IMG/VR virus record: IMGVR_UViG_3300020426_000391 | Length of the DNA stretch: 64,000 bases | Strand: one strand, 5' to 3' | DNA from: a virus | Lineage: Duplodnaviria > Heunggongvirae > Uroviricota > Caudoviricetes | Shown: positions 28,664 to 38,116 of the stretch, piece by piece | Layout: each line of letters starts with the position of its first letter | Position numbering within the stretch: the first letter of the stretch is position 1 | Made by a program: the position numbers and the translations under genes | Notes under the pieces: model-generated | Database searches by the model: none | What the model was told of the DNA's origin: nothing | What the model saw: the letters and a program-made list of their open reading frames with translations, nothing else

Positions 28664-29527
28664 TCACTTGATGTTGACGAGTCCGTTCGCATCGCCGTCC
28701 ATGACGACGGTGTTCGCACCGGTCTCGGCGAACTTCATCAGCGCCTCGTTGTATTGCTGGCGCAGCAGCGAGGGCGTGATGGAGGCGGAGACGGCGCGGT
28801 TGGCTTCGGCTTCGCCCTGGGCACGGGTGACGGCGATCTCGGCTTGCTTCTCGGCGATCTCGAGTTCGACCTCGGTACGCTCCAGGTCCTTCTGCGCCTT
28901 GACCGCGAGCTGGATCGATTCCTCGATCGACTTGTCGGTCGTGACCGCGCGCAGGGCGACCTGCGTGACGGTGAAGGCGCCAGGGCTCAGCGAATCGAGA
29001 CTGCGCTGAAGGCGGATCTTGATCGCGTTCGTCAGTTCGTCGCGCTTCTGGTGGATGGTCAGGCTGTCGATCGTGGAGACGGTGTCGTAGATCGCTTCAC
29101 GTGCCTGACGCATCACGACGCCGTAGCCTGCGAGATAGACGCCTTCCTGCTCGTCATAGCGCGTCTGGCCGAGGAACTCGACATGGAGGTCCGCGACCCG
29201 ACCCGGATTGACCTGGTAGAACACGGAGACGTCGAGGTCCTGCAGCGAGAGGTTGTCGCCGGCCTTGGGCTTGAGGTCGATGAAGTCGATCACGGTCTCG
29301 CGCACGTTGTACTCGTCGACCGAGGTGACGAACGGCAGCTTGGGCACGAAGCCGGCCGTCGATTCCTCGAGGCTCGTCTGGCCCATCGTCTTCTTGACGC
29401 CGACGTTGCCGGTCGAGACGATGCTGAAGCAGCCCATCAGGGCGATCAGGATGACGATCGGGACGACCACCCATTTCACGATGCCGCCGACGCGGATTCG
29501 GGGAGTCTGGTCCATTCGTAATTGCAT
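28664..29527 (-). CDS. SPFH/band-7 (stomatin/prohibitin/HflC-like) membrane protein
   Basis: N-terminal TM anchor, SPFH core, and a C-terminal coiled-coil rich in E/A/Q. Confidence 0.65.
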   Translation of the reverse strand: MQLRMDQTPRIRVGGIVKWVVVPIVILIALMGCFSIVSTGNVGVKKTMGQTSLEESTAGFVPKLPFVTSVDEYNVRETVIDFIDLKPKAGDNLSLQDLDVSVFYQVNPGRVADLHVEFLGQTRYDEQEGVYLAGYGVVMRQAREAIYDTVSTIDSLTIHQKRDELTNAIKIRLQRSLDSLSPGAFTVTQVALRAVTTDKSIEESIQLAVKAQKDLERTEVELEIAEKQAEIAVTRAQGEAEANRAVSASITPSLLRQQYNEALMKFAETGANTVVMDGDANGLVNIK

Positions 29528-29567
29528 GTGTTTTCCTTCCTTTGAACTTGTTCGGGTATTCTTCCGG

Positions 29568-30686
29568 TCAGTCGTCCTGCCCGAATTTCCTGAGGAAGAC
29601 GTCGCAGTGCGTCTTCAGTATCGGTCGCATGAAATTGCCGAGCTTGGTCTGGCGCATGTCCTGTTCGCCGACAGCCCGGATGACGATTCCCTCGCGGATG
29701 TGCTTGGCATCGAGAGTGGTGTCCCCCTCGCGCAGTTCCTCGACCTTTGCCGCGTCGTACATGCCGCGCCACAGCACGGGTGCGGGCTGGATCCCGGCCT
29801 GCATGAGATAGCTGTCGATCTCGGTCTCGTTGAGCCAGCGCTGGCCCACGCGGATGTCGAATCCGCGCACGGATGGCTTGCTCTGGCCGTAGTGAAGCTT
29901 CTTGATGCCCGGCCCGATGGCTTCGGCGAAGAGCTGGACGGTCTGGTCGGCCGCGCGCATATTGTGGACCATCATGCCGAAGCGGCGGATGAGATCGGCG
30001 TTGCGCGCGGCGCGGATGACGGGCACCTTCTCTGAGGCCTCGCACTCGCGGAAGATGAGACCTTGTCGGGCGAGTCCCTTGGTGGCGATCGCGATCTGTC
30101 CGTCACCGTGAGCCCCTTCGACCGGTTCGTCACCGAGCCAGGTCATTTGGAGGCACTCGCCTTCGAGCTTCTCGGTGATGACGACCTCCGAGCCTTCCAG
30201 GAATTCGGGATAGGTCTTGAGTCGGCCGATCTGGTAGTCCACCTTGGCGCGAGCGACGGGCATGGCGATCTTCAGGAGTTCGGGGTCGATCTCCGGAATC
30301 CATTCGGTGATGCCGAAGTGGTCCGAGACGTCGGTGGTATCGGGCAGGTGCGCGAGTTCATCGGGCAGCTTCCACAGCAGCCCTGTCGAGAGCTGGCCGC
30401 GCAGGGTGACCGGCTTGATGACGTCGCCGCCGGGGCCGGAGAGGAGGCCCATCTCGGTTTCCTTCTGGGGATGCAGGCCCCAGAAGCCGTGCTCCTTGAG
30501 GAGATTCTCGGGCAGGCGGCAGCCCTCTGCCACGTAGACGACCCGTTCGCCGACGGCGAACCGCGGGCTGCCGTCGGGCAGGTTGTTGCTCACGGCGTCG
30601 TATCCGAGGACCTTGTAGGCTGTGAGCCGATCGGCCTTGGGGATGTGATGCGTGCCGGTGATGGGAAGAATGCGTGCGGTCGTCAT
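29568..30686 (-). CDS. ATP-dependent RNA ligase-like nucleotidyltransferase (Rnl family)
   Basis: Motif I EKLEG (KxxG), motif III LFAEAIGPG, motif IV REGIVIR (EGhVh), motif V TKLGNFMRPILK. Confidence 0.55.
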   Translation of the reverse strand: MTTARILPITGTHHIPKADRLTAYKVLGYDAVSNNLPDGSPRFAVGERVVYVAEGCRLPENLLKEHGFWGLHPQKETEMGLLSGPGGDVIKPVTLRGQLSTGLLWKLPDELAHLPDTTDVSDHFGITEWIPEIDPELLKIAMPVARAKVDYQIGRLKTYPEFLEGSEVVITEKLEGECLQMTWLGDEPVEGAHGDGQIAIATKGLARQGLIFRECEASEKVPVIRAARNADLIRRFGMMVHNMRAADQTVQLFAEAIGPGIKKLHYGQSKPSVRGFDIRVGQRWLNETEIDSYLMQAGIQPAPVLWRGMYDAAKVEELREGDTTLDAKHIREGIVIRAVGEQDMRQTKLGNFMRPILKTHCDVFLRKFGQDD

Positions 30687-30725
30687 GTTCTGTCTTTTTT
30701 CCGTTCGCTGTGATTGTCGTGGATC

Positions 30726-31265
30726 TCACTTCCACTGGGTGCGCCGCCATCCCTTCCAGCCGCGCGTGTCGGTGCGGCGCGAAAGGTCCCAGTCGGGATT
30801 GCTGCGCTTGCGCTTGAGAGCGATCCGCCGTCCGCAGACGAGGATCTCGCTCAGCTGGCTATCGTGGTCGTCTTGGTGGCGAATTTCCTTCAGACGGCAT
30901 TTTCGCGTCTTCCAGGGTCCGCCCTTGTAGGACCCGGTGCCCGGGATGGGCAGCCCGTGCTCGCGCGCGTGGCGCAGTTCCTTGCAGTAGCGGCTCTCTC
31001 GCCGGCATTCCGGCTCGCGGGGCCAGTCCGCATTGGTGACGATCCGCCCGTGGTCATCACGGGCGATGTAGCGGTTGGTGATGGTGTGGATCTCACCGTC
31101 GATGTCGACGATGCGCTCGACATGCTGACGGTGGAGAGGGAGGTGCAGTCGTCCGGCGAAGGTCCGGCGACGGATGGTGGGAGCGAAACGTCGCGCTTCG
31201 ATCTCGTCGTAGCTGAAGACGGTGCCGTCGATGTCGATGATGTGGATGGGATAGGCGATGTGCAT
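30726..31265 (-). CDS. hypothetical protein with a Cys/His cluster (possible Zn-finger nuclease)
   Basis: CRRESRYCKELRHAREHG. Confidence 0.35.
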   Translation of the reverse strand: MHIAYPIHIIDIDGTVFSYDEIEARRFAPTIRRRTFAGRLHLPLHRQHVERIVDIDGEIHTITNRYIARDDHGRIVTNADWPREPECRRESRYCKELRHAREHGLPIPGTGSYKGGPWKTRKCRLKEIRHQDDHDSQLSEILVCGRRIALKRKRSNPDWDLSRRTDTRGWKGWRRTQWK

Positions 31266-31404
31266 GGATCATGCTCCTTGTTGGTTCATAATCTCATGAT
31301 GATTTTCCTTTCTTCCGATGGTTGCCTGTTCTCGTTTCTCAGAGGAACCAGTTCTTCCTGATGCTCACGGACCAGCCTGTAGCACGGTCGTAGAGTACTG
31401 CGTC

Positions 31405-31725
31405 CTATCCCGTCTTGCCCCAGACGTATCTCTCGCCCTGATAGGGCAGTCCGTAGCGCCATGGACGCTGCAGCAGGATGATGCCCGGATTATAGACGGG
31501 CGGACTCGGCTTCTCCCTGACCCGACTATCCCGCGGATCTATGACGACCCGGCCGTCACCGTCGTAATTCCTGACGGGCACTCCGTCCTTGACGATCTCC
31601 TCGACCGGCCTCCCCTCGTAGCGAACGGTGGGCACCTGACCGTAGGGCTGCGCCTTGACGGAAGGGGCGATGCACATGGCGCAGGAGAGAATGATTCCGA
31701 TGTGTGTCTTCATGGACGCGATCAT
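31405..31725 (-). CDS. small secreted protein
   Basis: Signal peptide MIASMKTHIGIILSCAMCIAPSVKA. Confidence 0.45.
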   Translation of the reverse strand: MIASMKTHIGIILSCAMCIAPSVKAQPYGQVPTVRYEGRPVEEIVKDGVPVRNYDGDGRVVIDPRDSRVREKPSPPVYNPGIILLQRPWRYGLPYQGERYVWGKTG

Positions 31726-31740
31726 GCCCGCTTTCTCATT

Positions 31741-32091
31741 TCATGGACGTGAATCCTCGTCCGGCTGGTCGTCTTCGTTCCGTCTTTCGCGATCCTCATT
31801 GCATTTGCGATGGGCGGCGACGAGGTTCGGAGGGCCGTCGAGCCCTCCGTCCTCGAAGCGGATCACGTGCTCGAACGTGGCGAGCCAGGCAGCGGGTCGC
31901 CTGTCCTCCTCGCCATCGGGGACTTCGCCGAACGATCTCGAGCACCAGTGGCACAGACCATCCTGCTCCTCGATGAGCCGCTCCTTGAGTTCGGGCGGAT
32001 GTCTCAGGCGTATCCGACGCCCCCATGCATCGTATTCGGGTTCGTCCGGTCTCCGCCACTTGCGCTTGGGAGGCGGTCGTGTCGGCTTCAT
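31741..32091 (-). CDS. HNH endonuclease
   Basis: CHWCSR ... FEHVIRFEDGG ... NLVAAHRKCN. Confidence 0.75.
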   Translation of the reverse strand: MKPTRPPPKRKWRRPDEPEYDAWGRRIRLRHPPELKERLIEEQDGLCHWCSRSFGEVPDGEEDRRPAAWLATFEHVIRFEDGGLDGPPNLVAAHRKCNEDRERRNEDDQPDEDSRP

Positions 32092-33014
32092 GCCGCGATG
32101 GGCAGGCCGAAGTCCGATGCCAGATCGGGACGCATGCGCTCGACCTTGGGGAAGACCATGTTGCCGTTCTCGTCGAGGCCGTAATGGCTGACCTCGACCA
32201 CGTAGTGATCCATCATGGTCATGACGGCGTGGCGATCGAAACGCTTGTCGAACGATCCGACGCGACCTGCCTTCACCAGTTTGCCGTTCTCGTCGTAGCG
32301 TTTCACGTCGAGGCTGCCGGCGCCGAGCGAGGGATCGCCCTTGTTGGGGTTCCAGCCGGTGACGATGAGGTCCTCGGTCTGGCGGATCTTGACCTTCCAG
32401 GCCCGGCCGCGCTTGGTGTTGCCGTTGAGGTTGAGCGCGTGCGGCGCGGTACGATCCCAGAAGACCAGGCCTTCCATCTTGCGCCGCTCGATCTCGGCGA
32501 GCATGCCGTCGTAGTCGCGGATGTGCTCGAGATCGTATTCGACCCCCATCGTGGAGATCGGCATGGAATTGTAGACCTGCATGAAGTCCTTCACACGCTG
32601 GAAGCGATCCTCGTAGGGGTTGCAGGCATCACTGCCGTCGAGACGCAGCATGTCGAAGGGCGACACGAAGATCTCTTCGGGGTCATCGTTCAGCGCCCTC
32701 TGGAAGCTGTAGGTGCCCTCCTCGAGCGTATGGGCCTCGACGTCGAACATCCACCCTTGGGGCGCGCTCTTGAAGGCCCATACGACATGTCGCAGCTTGT
32801 CGGTCCAGTCGAGCGTGCCGTTGCGCGAGTAGATGCGGGTGTTCTCGCCGGCGGTGATGACATGAGCGCGGTTGCCGTCGCGCTTGCGCGTCCCGATCAG
32901 CTGGCCGCGCTGCCACATGCGGTTGAATTCTTCCGGTTCGATCGTCTGCACCGGCTTCTGAAGGGCCCAGCCCTGGGGGAAGAGGGTCATTTTTCCACTC
33001 CTGTGTGATTTCAT
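32088..33014 (-). CDS. ATP-dependent DNA ligase, compact phage/viral type (about 300 aa)
   Basis: Motif I TRKRDGNRAH (KxDGxR), motif III FDVEAH, motif IV EGLVFW, motif V AWKVK. Confidence 0.8.
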   Translation of the reverse strand: MKSHRSGKMTLFPQGWALQKPVQTIEPEEFNRMWQRGQLIGTRKRDGNRAHVITAGENTRIYSRNGTLDWTDKLRHVVWAFKSAPQGWMFDVEAHTLEEGTYSFQRALNDDPEEIFVSPFDMLRLDGSDACNPYEDRFQRVKDFMQVYNSMPISTMGVEYDLEHIRDYDGMLAEIERRKMEGLVFWDRTAPHALNLNGNTKRGRAWKVKIRQTEDLIVTGWNPNKGDPSLGAGSLDVKRYDENGKLVKAGRVGSFDKRFDRHAVMTMMDHYVVEVSHYGLDENGNMVFPKVERMRPDLASDFGLPIAA

Positions 33015-33044
33015 CCTGTATGCATGATCTGATGGAACAGGCCG

Positions 33045-33548
33045 TCAGGCCACGCTCTCCACGCCCGCTGCCGTCAGGACGTGCCGCGGCGCTCCTCTGT
33101 TGAGGGCTATCGACACCTTCCCGTCCTTCTCCTCGGCCCTGCTCGTCCACGCTCCGATGAGGTAGGGGTGATCGATGATATCGCTGGCCTTCATGACGAC
33201 GTCCCTGTCCGTGAGCTTCAGACGCAGGGCCTCCGGGACCATCTCCTTGCGTATCAGTATCCCTCCGCGTCCGAAGCTGTAGCCCTCGCCATCGTAGTTG
33301 GCGGCCAGGATCACGGTCCGGGAGGCGATCTTGCGGTAGTGGACCTCGACCGACCGCTTGGGCGACGGCCATTGGCACTTGAAGACCGTCGAGTCGTATT
33401 TCTCGACACGTCCGCACAGCTCATGCATCCTGCGGGCGGTCGTGCCGGTGTTCGTCTCGATCCATTTCAGCAGTTCGGCCATCCCTGCGTCGAGCAGGGG
33501 ATCGCGCATGCTCGCCCGCTGCATTCCCATAGCGACCGTCTGCCTCAT
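33045..33548 (-). CDS. hypothetical protein, paralog C1
   Basis: Shares DPLLD.GM..LL.W.E, IIDHPYL.GA and RHVLT..G.E with 33545..34018. Confidence 0.5.
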   Translation of the reverse strand: MRQTVAMGMQRASMRDPLLDAGMAELLKWIETNTGTTARRMHELCGRVEKYDSTVFKCQWPSPKRSVEVHYRKIASRTVILAANYDGEGYSFGRGGILIRKEMVPEALRLKLTDRDVVMKASDIIDHPYLIGAWTSRAEEKDGKVSIALNRGAPRHVLTAAGVESVA

Positions 33549-34018
33549 GTCATCGCCTCGATGCCCGTGGAAGTGAGGACGTGTCTCGCGGGTTCGCGGT
33601 AGATGGACAGGAGCAGGTTGGTGTTCATCTCTCCGTCGCCCGCCTTTGCCCCCGTGAGATAGGGGTGATCTATGATGGTGCTTGCATCAACGATGCCGTC
33701 TGGATCACATAGGACCGTGAGACTGGTCTGGGTGAGGGCCTTCCTCCCGATCACGAGCAGATCGTTCGTCAACGTCCAACTCTTGCCGTAGATGGTGGCG
33801 ATGAGGATCATCCTGCCCGAAGGATCTTCTGGATCGTCGCGGTGACTGATCTCGATCCAGTCGTCAGCCGACCTTTTCCTCTCATAGACCTTGGCGTTAT
33901 CCCCGGTGGTATCGAGGCATTTCTGATGGATGTCTCTCAGGATGCGCGGTCTGGTCTGTTCCAGCCATCGTAGTAGCGCGACCATGCCGTCATCGAGAAG
34001 CGGGTCGCTCCTCTTCAT
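33545..34018 (-). CDS. hypothetical protein, paralog C2
   Basis: See C1. Confidence 0.5.
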   Translation of the reverse strand: MKRSDPLLDDGMVALLRWLEQTRPRILRDIHQKCLDTTGDNAKVYERKRSADDWIEISHRDDPEDPSGRMILIATIYGKSWTLTNDLLVIGRKALTQTSLTVLCDPDGIVDASTIIDHPYLTGAKAGDGEMNTNLLLSIYREPARHVLTSTGIEAMT

Positions 34019-34536
34019 CGTGTCTCCCCTTCATCGATCTCGATGCAGTGGCGATCCGCATATTCCATGACGCACCTCCTCGTCCGCTCGTCGACCTCGC
34101 TTCCGATGCGTATGCCCGTCAGCTTGCCGTGCAGTTCGCGGATGTCTCCGATGACGAACGCCTCGTCAGGGTCGTCGAGCGATGCCTTCACTGCTCGGGC
34201 ACGCATCTCGGGAAGGCTCTCGACCGCCATGAGGCGGCGCCTGTCATAGGCGTCGGACATCAGGAATATCTCGTGTCCGTCGATGTCGCAGATGTGATTC
34301 GCGAGTCGGGTCCTGTCGACTGTGAAACCGATCCCCTCCCCGCTGTGCGCGTTCCAGTTCTTGCCGGGAATGCCGAAGGAGAGACCGGTCTTGGGGTATA
34401 TCTTGTCGAGACCGCTGATCTCATGGGGGATCCAGTGTCGCACGCGTCCGATCATGGCATCGCGCCTGACATACTGGGAGGCCGCCTTGTGATCCACCCA
34501 CCGTATGAGGTGTGATGAATCGAACGCCTGCATCAT
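34015..34536 (-). CDS. hypothetical protein
   Basis: Internal start MMQAFDSSHLIRW. Confidence 0.4.
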   Translation of the reverse strand: MMQAFDSSHLIRWVDHKAASQYVRRDAMIGRVRHWIPHEISGLDKIYPKTGLSFGIPGKNWNAHSGEGIGFTVDRTRLANHICDIDGHEIFLMSDAYDRRRLMAVESLPEMRARAVKASLDDPDEAFVIGDIRELHGKLTGIRIGSEVDERTRRCVMEYADRHCIEIDEGETR

Positions 34537-34874
34537 GCCTCGAGGATTTCCTGGATCTTGCGCTGCCCCTCGACGTAGGACTGGAAGCTCTCCCTGATCG
34601 GGGTCGCCCATGCCAGCGCATCCTCGCGGTAGGTGGTGTCCGGATCGTGGTATTCCGGAGCGGTCAGACCGGTCTCCTCGAGGATCGTCTCGGCCGCCTT
34701 GCCGATACTGCCGCCGAAGACCTCGTCATAGACCGCGCTCCAGTCCTCGTCGTTCCCCGCCATGTTGAAGGCGACGCCGCAGACCGAATCGAAGGCTGCG
34801 ATCTTCGAGATCGTGTCGAGGCGCTTGAAATCGGGCGTGGCGAGCGCCGAGGTTATGCCCTTGATTGCCGACAT
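34533..34874 (-). CDS. hypothetical protein (113 aa)
   Basis: Track ORF. Confidence 0.4.
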   Translation of the reverse strand: MSAIKGITSALATPDFKRLDTISKIAAFDSVCGVAFNMAGNDEDWSAVYDEVFGGSIGKAAETILEETGLTAPEYHDPDTTYREDALAWATPIRESFQSYVEGQRKIQEILEA

Positions 34875-34896
34875 GGCTTTTCCTTTCGATTGGGAT

Positions 34897-36354
34897 TCAC
34901 AGAAGGCCGAGCTGCTGAGGCCCTTCCTGCTTGCTGGTTGTCTGGGTGGTCTGCTGGACGGCTTCCACCGGTCCTGCTCCTTCGCCCCATCTACCGAGTT
35001 CCACGCCGATTGCCACTCCCAGCGCCCGGAAAGGTGCTGCGACGATCGACTGCCCGAGCATCTCGTGTGCTGTCGTGATGCCGAGACCCTCGATCATCTC
35101 CTCCGGGGTGCCTTTTATGCGGGCGTGCTCCACCGGGGTGAACTGGCGCAGGAGCTTCGGATCGGTGGGGTGACGCAGCTTGGGTTCTGTCGAGCGGATC
35201 TTGGCGTAGCCGCGACCGATTGTGCCGACCTTCGTGTCCTGCGGGCCCAGGATCTGCATCCGGAAGCCCTTGCCTGCTATGCGGTCCCGCGTTTCCTTGT
35301 CCTTCAGGTAGCGCATCTCGGACCACAGACCCGAATCGGGCGGGACGTCCTCGAGGATGTCACCGACGGTGATCTCTCCCTGACCGCCCTTCTCGATGGC
35401 CGAGAGGATGTCGGCCTTCATGCCCCGGCTGGTGGCGAGCAGGGCCATCCGGTGGCGATGTTCCAGGCAGTCGAAGTCTTCGCCCTTGAGGATGACGTGG
35501 ACGACGTCGTACTGCCATTCGCGCAGCTGGTTGCATAGGATCGAGAAGCTCGCGGAATCCGCATACTGGGGCACGTTCTCCACCAGGACTACGGATGGAT
35601 TGGTCGCGGCGACGATGGCGAGGAATCCGACGACGAGATGTCCCGCGACCGGATCGTGCTCGGGCATCGCCAGCTTCTTCTTGGATCGTCCCGCGATCGA
35701 GTGTGCGGTGCAGGGGATGCCTGCCTCGAGGATGTCCACCTCCTCGATTCGTCCGATGGCGTCGCGGTCGAAGGCGAATTCCTGCAGCGGCATGTTGATG
35801 GCGACGGTATCGTCATGCCAGGCAGGATTGCGCGCCGCGCACAGGTCCTGGTATTCCTGGTCGATCTCGACCGAGAAGGCGAGTTCGCTGGTCCTGCCCG
35901 CATGGGCGAGACCCTCGTGGATCGCGTGACTCAGGACACCAAGACCGGTCGAGACCGATCCGGCGCGCAGGGGCAGATGCGCATCGAGACGTGATTTCGT
36001 TCGTTGCTCGCGGCGCTGGCGCCGCGCCTCGACGGCGGAAGGCTCGATCGTCAGCGTTCCCTTGGTGAAGTCGATTCGCAGCGTCTCGATGCCCTCGAAA
36101 CTGCGCAGGATGCCGGCATTGGCGATGTCGATGATGGGATCCTCGTTGCCGCGACGCTTGCGCCGACTGACGGTGCGGTCCCCCTGCGCGTCTAGCGCTA
36201 GGACGATCCTCTGCGCATCGGCGTCGATCGTCATCCGGTAGCGGGACTGCGGAAGGAATCCGGCTGCCTCGAGCTTCCGCCCCTCGATCCAGATGCGTGG
36301 ATTGCCGCGCTTGTCACTGGCGAGCCTGGTGGTGGAGATCGCGTTGGCGTTCAT
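34897..36354 (-). CDS. DNA (cytosine-5)-methyltransferase, second copy of the family
   Basis: PC motif GIPCTAHS and ENV motif VVLVENVPQY. Start MNANAISTTRL at residue 70 of track ORF 34897..36561. Confidence 0.7.
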   Translation of the reverse strand: MNANAISTTRLASDKRGNPRIWIEGRKLEAAGFLPQSRYRMTIDADAQRIVLALDAQGDRTVSRRKRRGNEDPIIDIANAGILRSFEGIETLRIDFTKGTLTIEPSAVEARRQRREQRTKSRLDAHLPLRAGSVSTGLGVLSHAIHEGLAHAGRTSELAFSVEIDQEYQDLCAARNPAWHDDTVAINMPLQEFAFDRDAIGRIEEVDILEAGIPCTAHSIAGRSKKKLAMPEHDPVAGHLVVGFLAIVAATNPSVVLVENVPQYADSASFSILCNQLREWQYDVVHVILKGEDFDCLEHRHRMALLATSRGMKADILSAIEKGGQGEITVGDILEDVPPDSGLWSEMRYLKDKETRDRIAGKGFRMQILGPQDTKVGTIGRGYAKIRSTEPKLRHPTDPKLLRQFTPVEHARIKGTPEEMIEGLGITTAHEMLGQSIVAAPFRALGVAIGVELGRWGEGAGPVEAVQQTTQTTSKQEGPQQLGLL

Positions 36355-36542
36355 CAGAATTCTCCTGGATAGATGGGTGTGTCGCGATTGGGACGTGGCG
36401 TGTCCTCGTAGATCGGGACGACGCGTGGATAGCCGCGGTTCTGCATGGCCTTGCCTCGTCGCACGAGAAAACGGCCCGCTCTCTCGAGAAGGCGTCCGAA
36501 TCGATCGATCATGTCGTGGTTCCTGGTTCTGTGTGCTGTCAT
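36354..36542 (-). CDS. possible small protein (62 aa) translationally coupled to the methyltransferase
   Basis: Track ORF ending in an ATGA overlap with the MTase start. Confidence 0.3.
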   Translation of the reverse strand: MTAHRTRNHDMIDRFGRLLERAGRFLVRRGKAMQNRGYPRVVPIYEDTPRPNRDTPIYPGEF

Positions 36543-36574
36543 GTTCGCCGGCGGTCGTCATGCGACCGCCGGGC

Positions 36575-37054
36575 TCATTGTGTGATGGGGTGCGGGACGG
36601 GCTCGTCGAGCTGCAGGCGCATCCTCCAGTTCGCGCTCCCGCGTCGCCGCAGCGAGACGACGACCCTTTCGGCGAGATGGGGAAGGGCCACGATCTGGTC
36701 GACCGTGCGTCCGGTCACACTGGCCTGTATGCATTCGGGCAGGTCGCGCAGCACGATCTCGGTCTCCCTGATCCTCCAGTCGTCGCTCGTGATCTCCGCA
36801 GAGAACCGGTGGAGATGGAAGTCGTAGGAGATCTGGGTCCGCGTCCCCTTGCCGAAATGATCGGGAAGCCCGTTGAAGAACATGACCTCCTGCGGAGCGT
36901 TGAGTATGCCGTACCTGTTCGGGCGCTTGTTGCCGATCCGGTCGTGCAGCTTCATGGCGAGATCGTGCCATGCGCGTTCGATGCCGATCTCGATCAGCGC
37001 GGCATGGGCATTGGGGAGGGCCGTGATCGGCGTGCCCGGCTTGCGTTTCGGCAT
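36575..37054 (-). CDS. hypothetical protein
   Basis: Track ORF. Confidence 0.45.
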   Translation of the reverse strand: MPKRKPGTPITALPNAHAALIEIGIERAWHDLAMKLHDRIGNKRPNRYGILNAPQEVMFFNGLPDHFGKGTRTQISYDFHLHRFSAEITSDDWRIRETEIVLRDLPECIQASVTGRTVDQIVALPHLAERVVVSLRRRGSANWRMRLQLDEPVPHPITQ

Positions 37055-37070
37055 CGCGTTTTCCTCTCGC

Positions 37071-37643
37071 TCAGGGATTCTCTTCGTCTAGGAGCTTCAC
37101 GTAGGCGATACCGGCATTGCGCCATTCGCCCATGGACCGGGGGATATCCGCAATGGCTCCGTCCCTGTGGCTGCCCGACAGGATCAGGATGGCCCCGTCT
37201 CCGCTCAGATCGATGTCCTCGATGCACCGGCCTTTCAGGTAGTGCAGATCCATGATCTCGGTCGCCGGGAAGGATCCCTCCGTCAGTCTTTCCCGGTATG
37301 CGTGGAGAATGCTCGATGGTGTCCCGATCACGCTGATCGTGTCGTCGTCGATCCTCCACTTGAGCGGTGCGGAGGCCGAGGTAAGGCGTGCATGGAGCCA
37401 GGTCGTCTCCTGTCCCGGGTCCTTTTCGATCCGCCATTCGATCTTGCGCGTCGAGCCGCTGATGGAGCCTACCGCGTTCCTGATGCGGTTATCGATGCCG
37501 GCATGACGCAGATTGTCCATGGCGTTGCTGCAGGTCATCATCGCCTGCCTGGGGGCGCTGGCGGCCTCGATCATGAGGAGATGGTGTGCGGCTCTCGTCA
37601 GTAGCACAGGTCCGCCTCCTCGTGGGTCAGCAGGAGGTTCCAT
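37071..37643 (-). CDS. hypothetical protein (true start probably at an internal Met near 37540-37575)
   Basis: Track ORF; the upstream gene ends at 37598. Confidence 0.4.
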   Translation of the reverse strand: MEPPADPRGGGPVLLTRAAHHLLMIEAASAPRQAMMTCSNAMDNLRHAGIDNRIRNAVGSISGSTRKIEWRIEKDPGQETTWLHARLTSASAPLKWRIDDDTISVIGTPSSILHAYRERLTEGSFPATEIMDLHYLKGRCIEDIDLSGDGAILILSGSHRDGAIADIPRSMGEWRNAGIAYVKLLDEENP

Positions 37644-38080
37644 TCGTGATCGAGCAGGTACAGGGTCGAGCCCGCTCCCGCGTCCACGACCCTGGTGATC
37701 CGGACCCCGTCGAGGAGCTCCATGTCGACGACCTCGCGTGCATCGAAGCCGGCGGATGCCCTAGCCTGGTGCTGCGTGCGTTTCGTCTCCGGCACGCCGT
37801 GTATGGTCATCGAATGGGCATCGATGGCGAGGATGGTCGTGAGGTAGGTCACCGCCAACGTGACCTTGTCCATGTCCGCCTCGAGGAAGAACTGCAGCGT
37901 GGCATCGCCGCAGGGCATGGAATGGATCATGGCGGTGATGGTATCCTCGCTGGAACCATCCAGTTCCTCGTCGATCCTGGCGAGCAGCGTGGCGTCGAGC
38001 TTTCCATCATGCCTGCGGCCGATGTCGAGCATGCGCTTCGTCCCCCGCGTCATTCCGATCTTCATGGATTTTCCCTTCAT
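37598..38080 (-). CDS. hypothetical protein
   Basis: Track ORF. Confidence 0.4.
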   Translation of the reverse strand: MKGKSMKIGMTRGTKRMLDIGRRHDGKLDATLLARIDEELDGSSEDTITAMIHSMPCGDATLQFFLEADMDKVTLAVTYLTTILAIDAHSMTIHGVPETKRTQHQARASAGFDAREVVDMELLDGVRITRVVDAGAGSTLYLLDHEWNLLLTHEEADLCY

Positions 38081-38116
38081 CCGTGTTCCTGCTGTCTCCC
38101 GATCCGTGTCGGGCTC

